A stretch of 64,000 nucleotides of DNA from Nitrosopumilus sp. GTDB taxonomy: Archaea > Thermoproteota > Nitrososphaeria > Nitrososphaerales > Nitrosopumilaceae. The translations under genes were made by a program, and so were the position numbers. The notes below the pieces were generated by a model. The model was given only the letters and a program-made list of their open reading frames with translations. It ran no database searches and was not told the origin of the DNA. Of the stretch, positions 1 to 9,648 are shown one piece after another (positions within the stretch are counted from its first letter, which is position 1; every line of letters starts with the position of its first letter). Location of the stretch: the NCBI GenBank assembly GCA_965206745.1, contig OZ242220.1:736001-800000 (forward strand). The letters are read 5' to 3'.

Positions 1-113
1 TTCTGCCCAAGGAGCATCAGCCATCATTCCTGCTGAGATTTTTGAGTTTTGCAGGCATTGTATTTCTGTCCGGATTTGCACTGTTCTTTTTGATAACAAA
101 ATTTTATTCATAA
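1..113 (+). CDS. 3' end of a probable membrane protein (partial, runs off window)
   Basis: Frame starting at nt 3 reads LPKEHQPSFLLRFLSFAGIVFLSGFALFFLITKFYS to TAA at 111-113; hydrophobic C-terminal helix. Confidence 0.4.
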   Translation, partial: LPKEHQPSFLLRFLSFAGIVFLSGFALFFLITKFYS

Positions 114-145
114 TCCTTTAAATTTGCCACCTTTCTACTTGATTT

Positions 146-661
146 ATGAAAATTTCCACTAGGATGAAAAAAGCCCTAAATGATCAAATTACACTTGAGG
201 CCTCTGCATCAAACAGTTATCTTGCAATGGCATCATGGTGTGAGGTTACTGGATATCAGGGGGCTGCAAATTATTTCTATGCCCAATCAGATGAAGAGAG
301 AACCCACATGCTCAAAGTAGTTCGCTATCTTAATGCACTAGGTGCGGTTGCTGCAATACCTGCAATCAAAGCACCTGCAAGCTCCTACACTTCACTTGAA
401 GGGCTAATCAAAGCAGCACTGAAGGGTGAACAGTCTGTTACAAAAGCAATTCATAGCATGGTGGAGATTGCCCAAAAAGAAAAAGATCACGCAACATACG
501 TATTTCTAGAATGGTTTGTCAATGAGCAGGTTCAGGAGGAAACAAAGTTTGAGACACTTTTGCAAAAATTTGATCTTATTGGAAGAGACAAGATTGCAAT
601 CAATGAAATTGACAAACTTCTAGCCATAGATGCTGCCGCACCGCCTGATCCTGCCGCATAA
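146..661 (+). CDS. ftnA: Non-heme ferritin
   Basis: LNDQITLE..S..YLAMASW, EERTHM, FLEWFVNEQVQEE ferroxidase motifs. Confidence 0.9.
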   Translation: MKISTRMKKALNDQITLEASASNSYLAMASWCEVTGYQGAANYFYAQSDEERTHMLKVVRYLNALGAVAAIPAIKAPASSYTSLEGLIKAALKGEQSVTKAIHSMVEIAQKEKDHATYVFLEWFVNEQVQEETKFETLLQKFDLIGRDKIAINEIDKLLAIDAAAPPDPAA

Positions 662-705
662 ACCACTTCTAAAATAATTAATACCCCGTCATTTTCAACT
701 GACTC

Positions 706-1038
706 ATGACTGTTATTGTAACTAGAAAGCCAGGGGGAATTACGCAGCTGTTCAACACTGACACCGGCATGGTCACCTACAAGTGTAAGGCAGAATCTGC
801 ATTCATGTTCATTGAGGCCTTTGGAGGCATAGTAAAATTCAATCAAAAGGGAGCGATTGCGATTGTGACTGGGCATATCACATCCGTAGAATCATGCGAC
901 GTGTTAAAGAAGGGTCATTCAGAATACAAAGATGCCCTAACTGCTATTATTTCAGCGCACAAAGAGTTTGCAAAAACTGTTTCTGATTCATATCAAAAGG
1001 AGATTCAGGAACTAGAAAACAAGCTGTCTGCTCTATAA
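706..1038 (+). CDS. Hypothetical protein
   Basis: 110-aa ORF co-oriented with ferritin, C-terminal coiled-coil-like helix. Confidence 0.6.
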   Translation: MTVIVTRKPGGITQLFNTDTGMVTYKCKAESAFMFIEAFGGIVKFNQKGAIAIVTGHITSVESCDVLKKGHSEYKDALTAIISAHKEFAKTVSDSYQKEIQELENKLSAL

Positions 1039-1081
1039 TTTTTATAGTTTCGGATTTGTAAATCTGGATTTTTCTACCTGC

Positions 1082-1255
1082 TCAACCGTATATCATGCAG
1101 TGTTCACATTCGCACACTTTTTGTTCTTTTGATTTCTTGAGGCACTTCTTGTGCTGTCCTGCCTGGCATTGTACACAAATTTCTTCCAGATTCTCTATGC
1201 TGGTATATTTTTTTGACTGATCAAAGCCGAATCCTCCGTCTTTTGGACCTACCAT
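1082..1255 (-). CDS. Cys-rich microprotein (57 aa, putative metal-binding)
   Basis: Manual translation MVGPKDGGFGFDQSKKYTSIENLEEICVQCQAGQHKKCLKKSKEQKVCECEHCMIYG; CxxC..H..C..CxCxxC; below ORF-track cutoff. Confidence 0.7.
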   Translation of the reverse strand: MVGPKDGGFGFDQSKKYTSIENLEEICVQCQAGQHKKCLKKSKEQKVCECEHCMIYG

Positions 1256-1289
1256 AAATCTACTAAATTGAGGCTCTATTTTTACTTCA

Positions 1290-1589
1290 CTAATTGATTG
1301 CTATCTTTATTGCATCTTGCAAATCCCTCTTGTGTGTTTCAATTATGCCCCGTATTTCAAAAGTATCCACATATCCTCCAGCTGATGCGCGAGTTGCTTT
1401 GATCAGGTAATGCAAAGCACCCTCTTCGATCTTGCCGACATAGTATCCGTATAGAAAGTCTGCCTCATCTTTACACTTCCAAATCTGCTTGATTGCTGGG
1501 AATGTTTGTTTGATCTCCGTAGGGATCTCCTGGATTCTTCTTCTAATGTATAGATCCAATGATTTTCTAATTGATGAATCTTGCAGCAT
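1290..1589 (-). CDS. Hypothetical protein
   Basis: ORF 1290..1643; start moved to MLQDSSIRK to avoid overlap with the upstream small ORF. Confidence 0.7.
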   Translation of the reverse strand: MLQDSSIRKSLDLYIRRRIQEIPTEIKQTFPAIKQIWKCKDEADFLYGYYVGKIEEGALHYLIKATRASAGGYVDTFEIRGIIETHKRDLQDAIKIAIN

Positions 1590-1608
1590 TTCCCACTCTT
1601 TAATGACC

Positions 1609-1776
1609 TTAGTCCTTTTTCCCTTTTTTCGTTTTATTTTCATCTGGTTTGTCCCACATGTGCATCGTTCCTCTGATCATGTAAGAACCGACTATTATGG
1701 CGACTATTCCCCCAACTATGAATAAAAAGAACCTTCCGATATCCTTGATACTTGCCACAATATCACTAGCATTCAT
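1609..1776 (-). CDS. Small single-pass membrane protein (55 aa)
   Basis: Manual translation MNASDIVASIKDIGRFFLFIVGGIVAIIVGSYMIRGTMHMWDKPDENKTKKGKKD. Confidence 0.6.
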   Translation of the reverse strand: MNASDIVASIKDIGRFFLFIVGGIVAIIVGSYMIRGTMHMWDKPDENKTKKGKKD

Positions 1777-1817
1777 GTCTAATTATAACTGTCTAAGATC
1801 AATAATTAGATTCAATA

Positions 1818-1940
1818 ATGAGTCTGAGGAACTTTCTTCAAATGTCTAAAATTAAGCAGATTGTTGCATGGGTTGCAATTATCGGTGGTGGAATAGCCTT
1901 TTTCTTCTTCTCAATAGAGCTGGCTGAGTTTATGCGTTAG
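1818..1940 (+). CDS. Small membrane peptide (40 aa)
   Basis: Manual translation MSLRNFLQMSKIKQIVAWVAIIGGGIAFFFFSIELAEFMR; one TM helix. Confidence 0.45.
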   Translation: MSLRNFLQMSKIKQIVAWVAIIGGGIAFFFFSIELAEFMR

Positions 1941-1973
1941 GCGTGAAAACTAAATACGCCGAATTTTACAACA

Positions 1974-2420
1974 ATGTTTGTGATTACCCAGAAGATCAAG
2001 GATTTTCTAAATTTGCAACGATTAGGATATGTGGCAACTGTTGCACCTGATGGAAGGCCAAACATCTCCCCCAAGGGAACTATCATTGGATGGACTGACA
2101 GAACACTGGCGTTTGCAGACATCCGTTCACCTGACACCATGAGGAATCTAAAAGACAATCCTGATGTGGAAATCAACGTCATTGATCCCCTTGTCCGTAA
2201 GGGGTACCTGTTCCAAGGTAGGGCTAGAATTCTTGGGAGCGGGGATTTGTACCAAGAAATCCTGAATCACTATAGGGGGAAGGGAATACAAAGTCCGATA
2301 AATTCAATTGTACTAGTTGATGTATCTGCTGTCTCTGATGTGGTTTCGCCACTATATGATATGGGCATCTCAGAAGAAGAAATAAAATTAAAATGGCAAA
2401 AACATTTTGCCAATCTATGA
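1974..2420 (+). CDS. Pyridoxamine 5'-phosphate oxidase-family (FMN/F420-binding split barrel) protein
   Basis: YVATVAPDGRPNISPKG, TMRNLKDNPDV motifs. Confidence 0.85.
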   Translation: MFVITQKIKDFLNLQRLGYVATVAPDGRPNISPKGTIIGWTDRTLAFADIRSPDTMRNLKDNPDVEINVIDPLVRKGYLFQGRARILGSGDLYQEILNHYRGKGIQSPINSIVLVDVSAVSDVVSPLYDMGISEEEIKLKWQKHFANL

Positions 2421-3197
2421 TTCGTTTAGTGACTGTGTAGTTTGTTTCAGGTTTTCCAACTCCTTTCTGGTTTTTTTGTGTTCCTCTCTCTCTTTTTCTA
2501 ATAATGTCTGAATTGCATCCAGCTCTCTTTGTGTTGTGCTGAGTTTTGACTTTAGTGATCCCACCACTACGCTTGCAGCCTCGATAATTCCTGCAGAATT
2601 TTTTTGATTTGTCTCATTTACCCCGATGAATTGCTTCTCTGATGGCGTTAGAATGCTTGCATCCTCAAACATGTCCTTTTTCTCCAATGTTTCTTTGGCA
2701 TTGTACAGCCTGGAATTTGCCTCATCTAATTCTTTTTCAACTTCAACTCGCTGTTTTTTGATGTCGGACAATGTTGCCTGTTCCTGCTTTATCTGTTCCT
2801 TGAGTTCATCGTGTTTTTTTGTAAATTCAACCAACTCTGCTTTTATTTTTGAATGATCGCCCTGAGTCTTGGCAAACTCTTCGACTGATTTTGAATCTTT
2901 GATCAACTCTGATTTCTTGCTTCTCTCTTTGATCTCCCGATATTGGCGTTGAATCACGTCCATCTCCATCTTTTTTTGATTGAGCTCCTTTTTCCCCATC
3001 ATCAGGTTGCCCACCGTTGTGTCATATTCTGCTTTTACCGTTGTAATTCTTTGAGTAATCTCCTCCAACTCTGCCTGTCTCTCTGCTATCTCTTTTTGAA
3101 TTTTTTCTACTTCTAGCTCAAGCTCTGTTTTTAGAGTCGATTCTTCATCCTCATTTGACACCTGCTTGTCTGCCTTCTTTTTACCGAAAAATCCCAT
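2415..3197 (-). CDS. Coiled-coil protein
   Basis: 260 aa E/K/Q-rich heptad pattern; N-terminal MGFFGKKK. Confidence 0.75.
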   Translation of the reverse strand: MGFFGKKKADKQVSNEDEESTLKTELELEVEKIQKEIAERQAELEEITQRITTVKAEYDTTVGNLMMGKKELNQKKMEMDVIQRQYREIKERSKKSELIKDSKSVEEFAKTQGDHSKIKAELVEFTKKHDELKEQIKQEQATLSDIKKQRVEVEKELDEANSRLYNAKETLEKKDMFEDASILTPSEKQFIGVNETNQKNSAGIIEAASVVVGSLKSKLSTTQRELDAIQTLLEKEREEHKKTRKELENLKQTTQSLNES

Positions 3198-3234
3198 TAC
3201 TGTATCCCTGTTTTTTCCAAAAGATGAACCTTTC

Positions 3235-3435
3235 TTATCCCTGTTTTACCCGTCCTCTCAAAAATCTGAGATAAAATCCAATGCCGCCAATAATTAGTCC
3301 ACCAAACAGCGAGATTGTGCCTAACTCACGCATGTCTTGGTAGATGTTTGGAGCAAGAAACAGCAGTAACGCTCCGAGGATAATCAATGCAAATCCCCCG
3401 CTGTTTCTTGATCTGTTGTGCTCTCCGTGAACCAT
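3235..3435 (-). CDS. Small two-TM membrane protein
   Basis: 66 aa, two hydrophobic segments, directly downstream of lysS. Confidence 0.65.
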   Translation of the reverse strand: MVHGEHNRSRNSGGFALIILGALLLFLAPNIYQDMRELGTISLFGGLIIGGIGFYLRFLRGRVKQG

Positions 3436-3437
3436 GA

Positions 3438-5027
3438 TTAAACGTACTCTGAGAGTGTTTTTGCCACCTGCTTTCTGCCTATGTCTGAAATGAAAGGCCC
3501 TATCTTTGGTCCTCTGGACGTTCCAAGTATGATCTGATATAATATTTTAAAGAAATCCTTTGGCTGCACATCATTTGATTTTGCAATCTGATATATTGTA
3601 TTTTGGATGTCTTCTAGTTCCTCGTCTCCTCCCAGTGCATCTACAAATAATTTTAGTGCCTTTTTTGAAGTTTCATCTAAATCCACCTGTACTCTTTCTT
3701 GCTCATCAAATTCGTTTGAATAGTTTCCTGCGAGTTCAATGATCTCCTCTATCTCCGGCTCTGGGTTTTTAATTACCCCGTAATCCAATAACTTCTTCAT
3801 CACTCTCTCACTTCTATTTTCTTTGAATATTTTTGCCAATTCGACTAGCAGTCTATAGTTTACATGCGTGCTTGACTGTTTTGGAGGATTTAGGAGATTT
3901 ACATACTCGTACAGTCCTTTTGATTTTGTCAATTTTGCTTGGTTCTCTACCTTGATCCGTCCAAAGTAGATGTCCTCTAGCTCGTTGTACTCATTCATCA
4001 GCGATGGTATGTCCTCAAATCCTAGCTCTCTTGCACCTGTGATTCTTTTGTAGAGCAATAGTAAGATTGATTTTGGACTGCCAAACTCCAACCATTTTTG
4101 CGCAGTAATCACATTTCCTGATGATTTTGAGATCTTTTTTCCTCCTTTGTCCAAAAACATCTCGTACTTTACATGGTGTGGATGGGGGAATCCTAAAACT
4201 TCATCTGCTACCCAGTCATTGACTTTGACTGAGTCCATGATGTCTTTGCCGTATGCCTCAAACCTGATGTCAAATGCCGTCCACCTTGCAGCAAACTCCA
4301 CTTTCCAAGCTAGTTTGCCCAGATCTTTGGTAATGTCTGCCTCTCCTATGTGGCCACATCCTTTGATCTTTTTTGAGCCTATCTCTGTATCGTGACAAGT
4401 GTACCTTACCTTCCTTTCGTCTGCGATGTACTCTGTTGCCTCTGCTGTATAGAGGCGCTTGCAATCTGCACATACTGGGAAATATGGCAGGTATTTTTGA
4501 TATTTTTCTTGTCCGACAAGTTCTGAAATCTTGTCTCCTATCTTTGCGCTGTTTTGCAAAATTGTATGGATTTGATCTTTTAGCAATCCCTGTTTGTATG
4601 TGTCAACTGCCCTTCTAAACTCATATTTTATTCCTACCTTTTCTAACCCTTCTAGCAGAATACTGCTCATGTGCATTCCGTACGAGTCATGACATCCATA
4701 AGGATCTGGAATTAGTGACACTGGTTTTGCAATGTGCTCCTCCAAGCCAAACTCCTGCATGCCTTTTGGAATTTTCCTCAATCCGTCCAGATCATCTGAA
4801 TATGCAATTAGTTCTGATCTATATCCCAAATTCTCCAAGGCAAGTTTCACCCCGTATGCTCTAACTGCATCTCCCAAGCTTCCAATGTGTGGAATTCCTG
4901 ATGCTCCCAAACCGCTCTCCACTCTAAGCAGATCCGTGCTTCTTCCAAGAGATTCTTCACGTTCAAGTAACTCAGAAGCTAACTTGTCTATCCAAGTTCC
5001 CTTTCCGATAATCTCTTGTTCTGTCAT
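3438..5027 (-). CDS. lysS: Lysine--tRNA ligase, class I
   Basis: SGIPHIG (HIGH) and KISKS (KMSKS) motifs; KLAWKVEFAARW; GPKIGPF. Confidence 0.95.
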   Translation of the reverse strand: MTEQEIIGKGTWIDKLASELLEREESLGRSTDLLRVESGLGASGIPHIGSLGDAVRAYGVKLALENLGYRSELIAYSDDLDGLRKIPKGMQEFGLEEHIAKPVSLIPDPYGCHDSYGMHMSSILLEGLEKVGIKYEFRRAVDTYKQGLLKDQIHTILQNSAKIGDKISELVGQEKYQKYLPYFPVCADCKRLYTAEATEYIADERKVRYTCHDTEIGSKKIKGCGHIGEADITKDLGKLAWKVEFAARWTAFDIRFEAYGKDIMDSVKVNDWVADEVLGFPHPHHVKYEMFLDKGGKKISKSSGNVITAQKWLEFGSPKSILLLLYKRITGARELGFEDIPSLMNEYNELEDIYFGRIKVENQAKLTKSKGLYEYVNLLNPPKQSSTHVNYRLLVELAKIFKENRSERVMKKLLDYGVIKNPEPEIEEIIELAGNYSNEFDEQERVQVDLDETSKKALKLFVDALGGDEELEDIQNTIYQIAKSNDVQPKDFFKILYQIILGTSRGPKIGPFISDIGRKQVAKTLSEYV

Positions 5028-5036
5028 CTCTTTTCA

Positions 5037-6623
5037 CTAGTTTAATGTCTTGGACATGTATGGCCCATATAACGAATACCCCAATTTTTGATAATACTCT
5101 CTTGTACCTACTGCACTAATTACTAGGAGTTTTTTGGCATCGAATTCTTCCTTTGATATCTTTTCAGCTTCTCTCATCAAATTTTTGCCCAATCCTGTAT
5201 GTTGAATCTCATCAGCCTCCTTCTCTCCCAGCTTCAATGATCTTCCATACACGTGAATCTCTCTTACTATGCACGTGTCTTCATTGATTTCGTCTCTGTG
5301 CGCATCGGCACTTGGTTTTCTCAATCTCAAAAACCCGTAAATTGACTCATTGTCGTCTTCATAGGACAAGAAAACCTCCTTTCCTCCCGATGAGTCATAA
5401 TCTATTCTACTTAATTTCACCTCTCCTCCATCTGTCCTCTTATCTGACAGCCCCACTTCTCTGCATCTGATACATCTGCAAGCAAATCCCTGTTTGGCCA
5501 GATTCTGATGCACAATCTGTCTCAAATTTCCTGACTTTGGTCCTGCAACTATCTCTCCAGGTGTGATCTCCCTCTGTACTCTCATAATTCTAACCCACTT
5601 TGGCACGTTTCTCTTTGCCTCCGTTAGGACTTTGATCATGTCCTCATCTGAGTATGGCGTATATCTTCCTTGTTTGTATTCTTCATACAGCGGCGTGTTC
5701 TCGATAACTAGTGACGGATAGATCTTTAGCATGTCTGGACGTAACTGCGAATCTGAAAACAATCTTTTAAAATCAGCAATGTCTTCCTGTGGACTCACTG
5801 TTGGCAACCCTGGCATCATATGTGCAACTAGTTTGTATCCTGCATCTTTTGAAATTTGGAATGATTCCACCACGTCGTTGTAGTCGTGACCCCTGTTGAC
5901 TATTTTGTAAACGCGCTCTTGCAATGATTGGACCCCGATCTCAACTCTTGTAATTCCATACCCTAACATCAAATCAACATGTTCTTTTTTACAGTAATCT
6001 GGCTTTGTTTCGATTGTGAATCCCACGTTTCTTATTGAGGCATGCTCGTTGTTTGTTTTTGCCTCTTCCAAATCTTTTGAGTCACTTCCATTCAATGCAT
6101 CATAACATGATTTTATGAAATCTTTTTGATAGTCTTTTGGCATGAATAGAAATGTTCCTCCCACAATCACAACTTCCATTTTTGATGGATCATGTCCAAA
6201 TGCAATTATTTTTTCAATTTTTGAAGTAATTTGTAATTTGGGATCAAATTCATTTTCTATTGCATTAAGCGATGATGGTTCCTTTCCTGTGTAGCTGTTG
6301 GGGGAATTAAATTCAATCCCTCCTGGACAGTACGTGCATCTTCCGTGTGGACATGCATACGGTTTGGGCATTAATGCAACAACTGACACGCCTGATGCTG
6401 TTTTTGCAGGTTTTCTTATCAGTACTTTTTTTAGTTTATCAAAATCCGACTCTTTCACCGTTGATAATATTTCATAATTTTTGGGAATTCTTTCCAGCGC
6501 ATATTTTGTACAAATTTTTATAATTTCTTCCTTTACTTGCTTTTTACTGGGTTCTTGAATGGTTAGAAGATTTTGTGTGATCTCACTGCATGCTTTGGAT
6601 AACACAGGGTCAAGCTTATTCAT
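5037..6623 (-). CDS. elp3: Elongator complex protein 3 (radical SAM/GNAT tRNA U34 carboxymethyltransferase)
   Basis: CPHGRCTYCPGG, ETKPDY, KIYP, CRCIRCREVG, QHTGLG, ISAVGTREYY. Confidence 0.95.
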   Translation of the reverse strand: MNKLDPVLSKACSEITQNLLTIQEPSKKQVKEEIIKICTKYALERIPKNYEILSTVKESDFDKLKKVLIRKPAKTASGVSVVALMPKPYACPHGRCTYCPGGIEFNSPNSYTGKEPSSLNAIENEFDPKLQITSKIEKIIAFGHDPSKMEVVIVGGTFLFMPKDYQKDFIKSCYDALNGSDSKDLEEAKTNNEHASIRNVGFTIETKPDYCKKEHVDLMLGYGITRVEIGVQSLQERVYKIVNRGHDYNDVVESFQISKDAGYKLVAHMMPGLPTVSPQEDIADFKRLFSDSQLRPDMLKIYPSLVIENTPLYEEYKQGRYTPYSDEDMIKVLTEAKRNVPKWVRIMRVQREITPGEIVAGPKSGNLRQIVHQNLAKQGFACRCIRCREVGLSDKRTDGGEVKLSRIDYDSSGGKEVFLSYEDDNESIYGFLRLRKPSADAHRDEINEDTCIVREIHVYGRSLKLGEKEADEIQHTGLGKNLMREAEKISKEEFDAKKLLVISAVGTREYYQKLGYSLYGPYMSKTLN

Positions 6624-6679
6624 GAATATTCATATTGATCAAGACATAAATTCGTTAAATAATTTGAGATCGTTGGCAT

Positions 6680-7210
6680 CTATCTGCGCCTAGGAGTCTT
6701 TCTTTTAGTCGTCTTTCTAGCTGGCTTTCTCTTTACCACCTTTCTCTTCACAGCACTCTTTCTAGCTGGCTTTCTCTTTACCACCTTTCTCTTCACAGCA
6801 CTCTTTCTAGCTGGCTTTCTCTTTACCACCTTTCTCTTCACAGCACTCTTTCTAGCTGGCTTTCTCTTTACCACCTTTCTCTTCACAGCACTCTTTCTAG
6901 CTGGCTTTCTCTTTACCACCTTTCTCTTTGCAGCGCTCTTTCTAGCTGGCTTTCTCTTTACCACCTTTCTCTTTGCAGCGCTCTTTCTAGCTGGCTTTCT
7001 CTTTACCACCTTTCTCTTTGCAGCGCTCTTTCTAGCTGGCTTTCTCTTTACCACCTTTCTCTTTGCAGCGCTCTTTCTAGCTGGCTTTCTCTTTGATGAT
7101 TTTTTTATAATATTTTCTTTAACCTTTTTCAATTCGTTTAATTCTGACTGCATTTTTTTAATCTCTGCAATCATTTCTATTCTGAATGAATCATTATCTG
7201 TGCCTGACAT
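6680..7210 (-). CDS. Lys/Arg-rich histone H1-like repetitive protein
   Basis: 39-aa N-terminal helix then 8 copies of KRKPARKSA(A/V)KRKVV plus a basic tail. Confidence 0.75.
   Translation of the reverse strand: MSGTDNDSFRIEMIAEIKKMQSELNELKKVKENIIKKSSKRKPARKSAAKRKVVKRKPARKSAAKRKVVKRKPARKSAAKRKVVKRKPARKSAAKRKVVKRKPARKSAVKRKVVKRKPARKSAVKRKVVKRKPARKSAVKRKVVKRKPARKSAVKRKVVKRKPARKTTKRKTPRRR
6713..7093. repeat. 45-bp coding tandem repeat, 8 full copies plus a partial copy
   Basis: Unit ctttctagctggctttctctttaccacctttctctt(cacagca/tgcagcg)ct; two variants in blocks of 4. Confidence 0.95.
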
Positions 7211-7257
7211 GAGTTGACATGAAGAAATTTTTATCTCATTTAAGACTTTTTAATCTG

Positions 7258-8505
7258 TTATTCTGGTTTTTTTTCTATGGTTTTTGGATCTACATCTCCG
7301 CTTTTTTTCTGTTCTTTTCGGTATTCCATTTTTAACCATATTGGAGTTATGATTGTCGTTACTGCAACCATGATTACAATTGTGGAATAGACTTCAGATG
7401 TAAGAATTCCTGCTGTCACTCCGACTCCTGCAACAATCAATCCCACCTCTCCCCTTGAAATCATTCCAATCCCTACTCGCAGTCCCTGCTGTTTGCTTTT
7501 CAAAAACAGCATTGCAGGTAATCCACATCCGAATAATTTTGTTACAATTGCAACTACGATTATTACTGCACTTACCATTAAAATTTCGAAATTAACTGCC
7601 CTTAGGTCTACTTGGGCGCCAATGATTGCAAAGAACAATGGCGCAAAAATCAATCCTATCTTTCCTATGTAATTTTCAATTTTTTCAAATACTTTGGTCG
7701 TTGACAATGCCATGCCTACTGCAAACGCTCCCACAATCGGAGACAGCCCTATTGATCCTGCAAGTGCTGCTGCTCCAAAGAATGACGCAGTCGCAATTCC
7801 TTCTATACTGCCTTTTGCTTTCCAGAGTCTTGGTGTGACTATTTTTGGAATTACGACTACTGCCACAACTAACATTATTGCAAAGAATCCTAGCACTTTC
7901 AAAATCGTGATTGTAACTTCAGTAATGTCTATGTTCTCAATTCCTCCATCCGAACCCGTGATTGATATGACTACTGACAATACTGCAATTGCTAAAATGT
8001 CATCTACTACTGCTGCTCCTATGATTAGTCTAGCTTCTGGAGTTTTAATTTTGCCAAATTCACTTAACACTTGAATTGAAATTGCTATGCTTGTTGCTGT
8101 AAGTGCCGTTGCAATGAGCATTGACTCTAACGCTGCAAATCCGAACATTTGAAAGATCGCAAGACCTGCAAAGAATGGGACAACCACTCCCAATGTACCG
8201 ACTGTAAATGATGCCTTCCCTCCTTTGAGGAATTCTTTTGGTGTCATTTCCAATCCTGCCATGAACAAAATTACAATGGCACCCATTTCTCCAAGTATCT
8301 TGATTTCGTCGTTGATTTGAAGTAATTGCTTTCCGTCCACTATGAAAAATGCACCTAGTGCAAATGGGCCTATGATCATCCCTGCTAGCAATTCTCCTAA
8401 AACAATTGGAAGTTTTAACCTGAGGAAAAGCTCCGCCATCAATTTGGCTGCAAACAAAAGAATTCCTACGCCGATCATTGTCTCAATGAATTGTGCTTCT
8501 GCCAT
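7258..8505 (-). CDS. Cation:proton antiporter, CPA2 family
   Basis: Multi-TM; GAAVVDDI, GMISRGEVGL motifs. Confidence 0.9.
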   Translation of the reverse strand: MAEAQFIETMIGVGILLFAAKLMAELFLRLKLPIVLGELLAGMIIGPFALGAFFIVDGKQLLQINDEIKILGEMGAIVILFMAGLEMTPKEFLKGGKASFTVGTLGVVVPFFAGLAIFQMFGFAALESMLIATALTATSIAISIQVLSEFGKIKTPEARLIIGAAVVDDILAIAVLSVVISITGSDGGIENIDITEVTITILKVLGFFAIMLVVAVVVIPKIVTPRLWKAKGSIEGIATASFFGAAALAGSIGLSPIVGAFAVGMALSTTKVFEKIENYIGKIGLIFAPLFFAIIGAQVDLRAVNFEILMVSAVIIVVAIVTKLFGCGLPAMLFLKSKQQGLRVGIGMISRGEVGLIVAGVGVTAGILTSEVYSTIVIMVAVTTIITPIWLKMEYRKEQKKSGDVDPKTIEKKPE

Positions 8506-8576
8506 CTTATCCTGATAAATGCTGAGAAATCTGTCCTATAAGATGATTCTTGATCTTCTTTTTTATTCTTGCTAGA

Positions 8577-9599
8577 TTAGGCAATTTTTATAGAGTTTAC
8601 AAAAACACCCTTCTTTGCAATGATCTGCCCTATTTGCTGACTCTGAATTTTGTGCTTTTTGAATATTGATCGTATTCTTACTGCCTGATCTTTTGGTGCA
8701 ATAACGCAGAATCCAACCCCCATGTTGAAGGTCTTGTACATCTCCTCTGGTTTTACCCCTTGTTCTTGGACTAGTCCCATGATTGATGGGATCTTCGGCA
8801 GTGAATCTATCTCATATCCTGTATTTTTGAGACGTAATAATTTGGTAAACGCGCCTCCTGTTATGTGTGCAAAGCCACTGACTTTGCATTTTTGATTGAT
8901 CTCAAGAACTGGCTTTGTGTAGATTTCAGTTGGTTTTAGCAGTGCGTCCCCTATCACTCCGACACCTTTGACTTTGTCTTTTACGGAATATTTTGTTAAC
9001 AGTGCTTTTCTTGCAAGTGAGTATCCGTTTGAATGGATGCCTGAACTATTTACTCCGATAATCACATCCCCTGCTTTGATTTTATCTCCTAGGATCATCT
9101 CCTTTTTTTCTAGCAATCCTACTACCATTCCGGCTAAATCAAATGCAAATCCATCCCCCTCAATCACATCTGGCATTATGGCCGTTTCCCCCCCTACAAT
9201 CGGCATTGATGATTTTTTAGCCCCCTTTACCAATCCCTCTACGATTTTTTTCAATATTGCTACATTGTTTTTGTTTGCTGCAATATAGTCTACAAATGAA
9301 ATTGGGGTTGCTCCAATACAAATTATATCGTTGACATTCATTGCGACACAATCGATTCCAATGGTGTTGTATTTTTTCATCATGTTTGCAATTACAACTT
9401 TGGTTCCAACACCATCCGTATGCGTAGCTAACAGTCTTCCATCCGGAATTTCGACAATTCCTGCATAATGTCCAAACCCTTGAGTTATCTTTGCCTTTTT
9501 CTGTAGTTTGTGGGTTGACGAAATTAATTTTCCAATGGCCTTTTGGCTCTGTTTAATTTTAGAAATATCCACTCCTGCTTTTTTGTAGGTTAGAGCCAT
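8577..9599 (-). CDS. purM: Phosphoribosylformylglycinamidine cyclo-ligase (AIR synthetase)
   Basis: YKKAGVDI, TDGVGTK, GGETA, SSGIHSNGYSL, HITGG, TFNMGVG; start reassigned to MALTY. Confidence 0.95.
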   Translation of the reverse strand: MALTYKKAGVDISKIKQSQKAIGKLISSTHKLQKKAKITQGFGHYAGIVEIPDGRLLATHTDGVGTKVVIANMMKKYNTIGIDCVAMNVNDIICIGATPISFVDYIAANKNNVAILKKIVEGLVKGAKKSSMPIVGGETAIMPDVIEGDGFAFDLAGMVVGLLEKKEMILGDKIKAGDVIIGVNSSGIHSNGYSLARKALLTKYSVKDKVKGVGVIGDALLKPTEIYTKPVLEINQKCKVSGFAHITGGAFTKLLRLKNTGYEIDSLPKIPSIMGLVQEQGVKPEEMYKTFNMGVGFCVIAPKDQAVRIRSIFKKHKIQSQQIGQIIAKKGVFVNSIKIA

Positions 9600-9648
9600 A
9601 GTTTGTTGCGCTTTTGCTGTGAATAAAAGAATTTGCCTAGTACTTGGA

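Noticed and set aside
6713-7093. Possible CRISPR array
   Set aside because: Head-to-tail 45-bp units with no unique spacers, in frame within a CDS, and no cas genes
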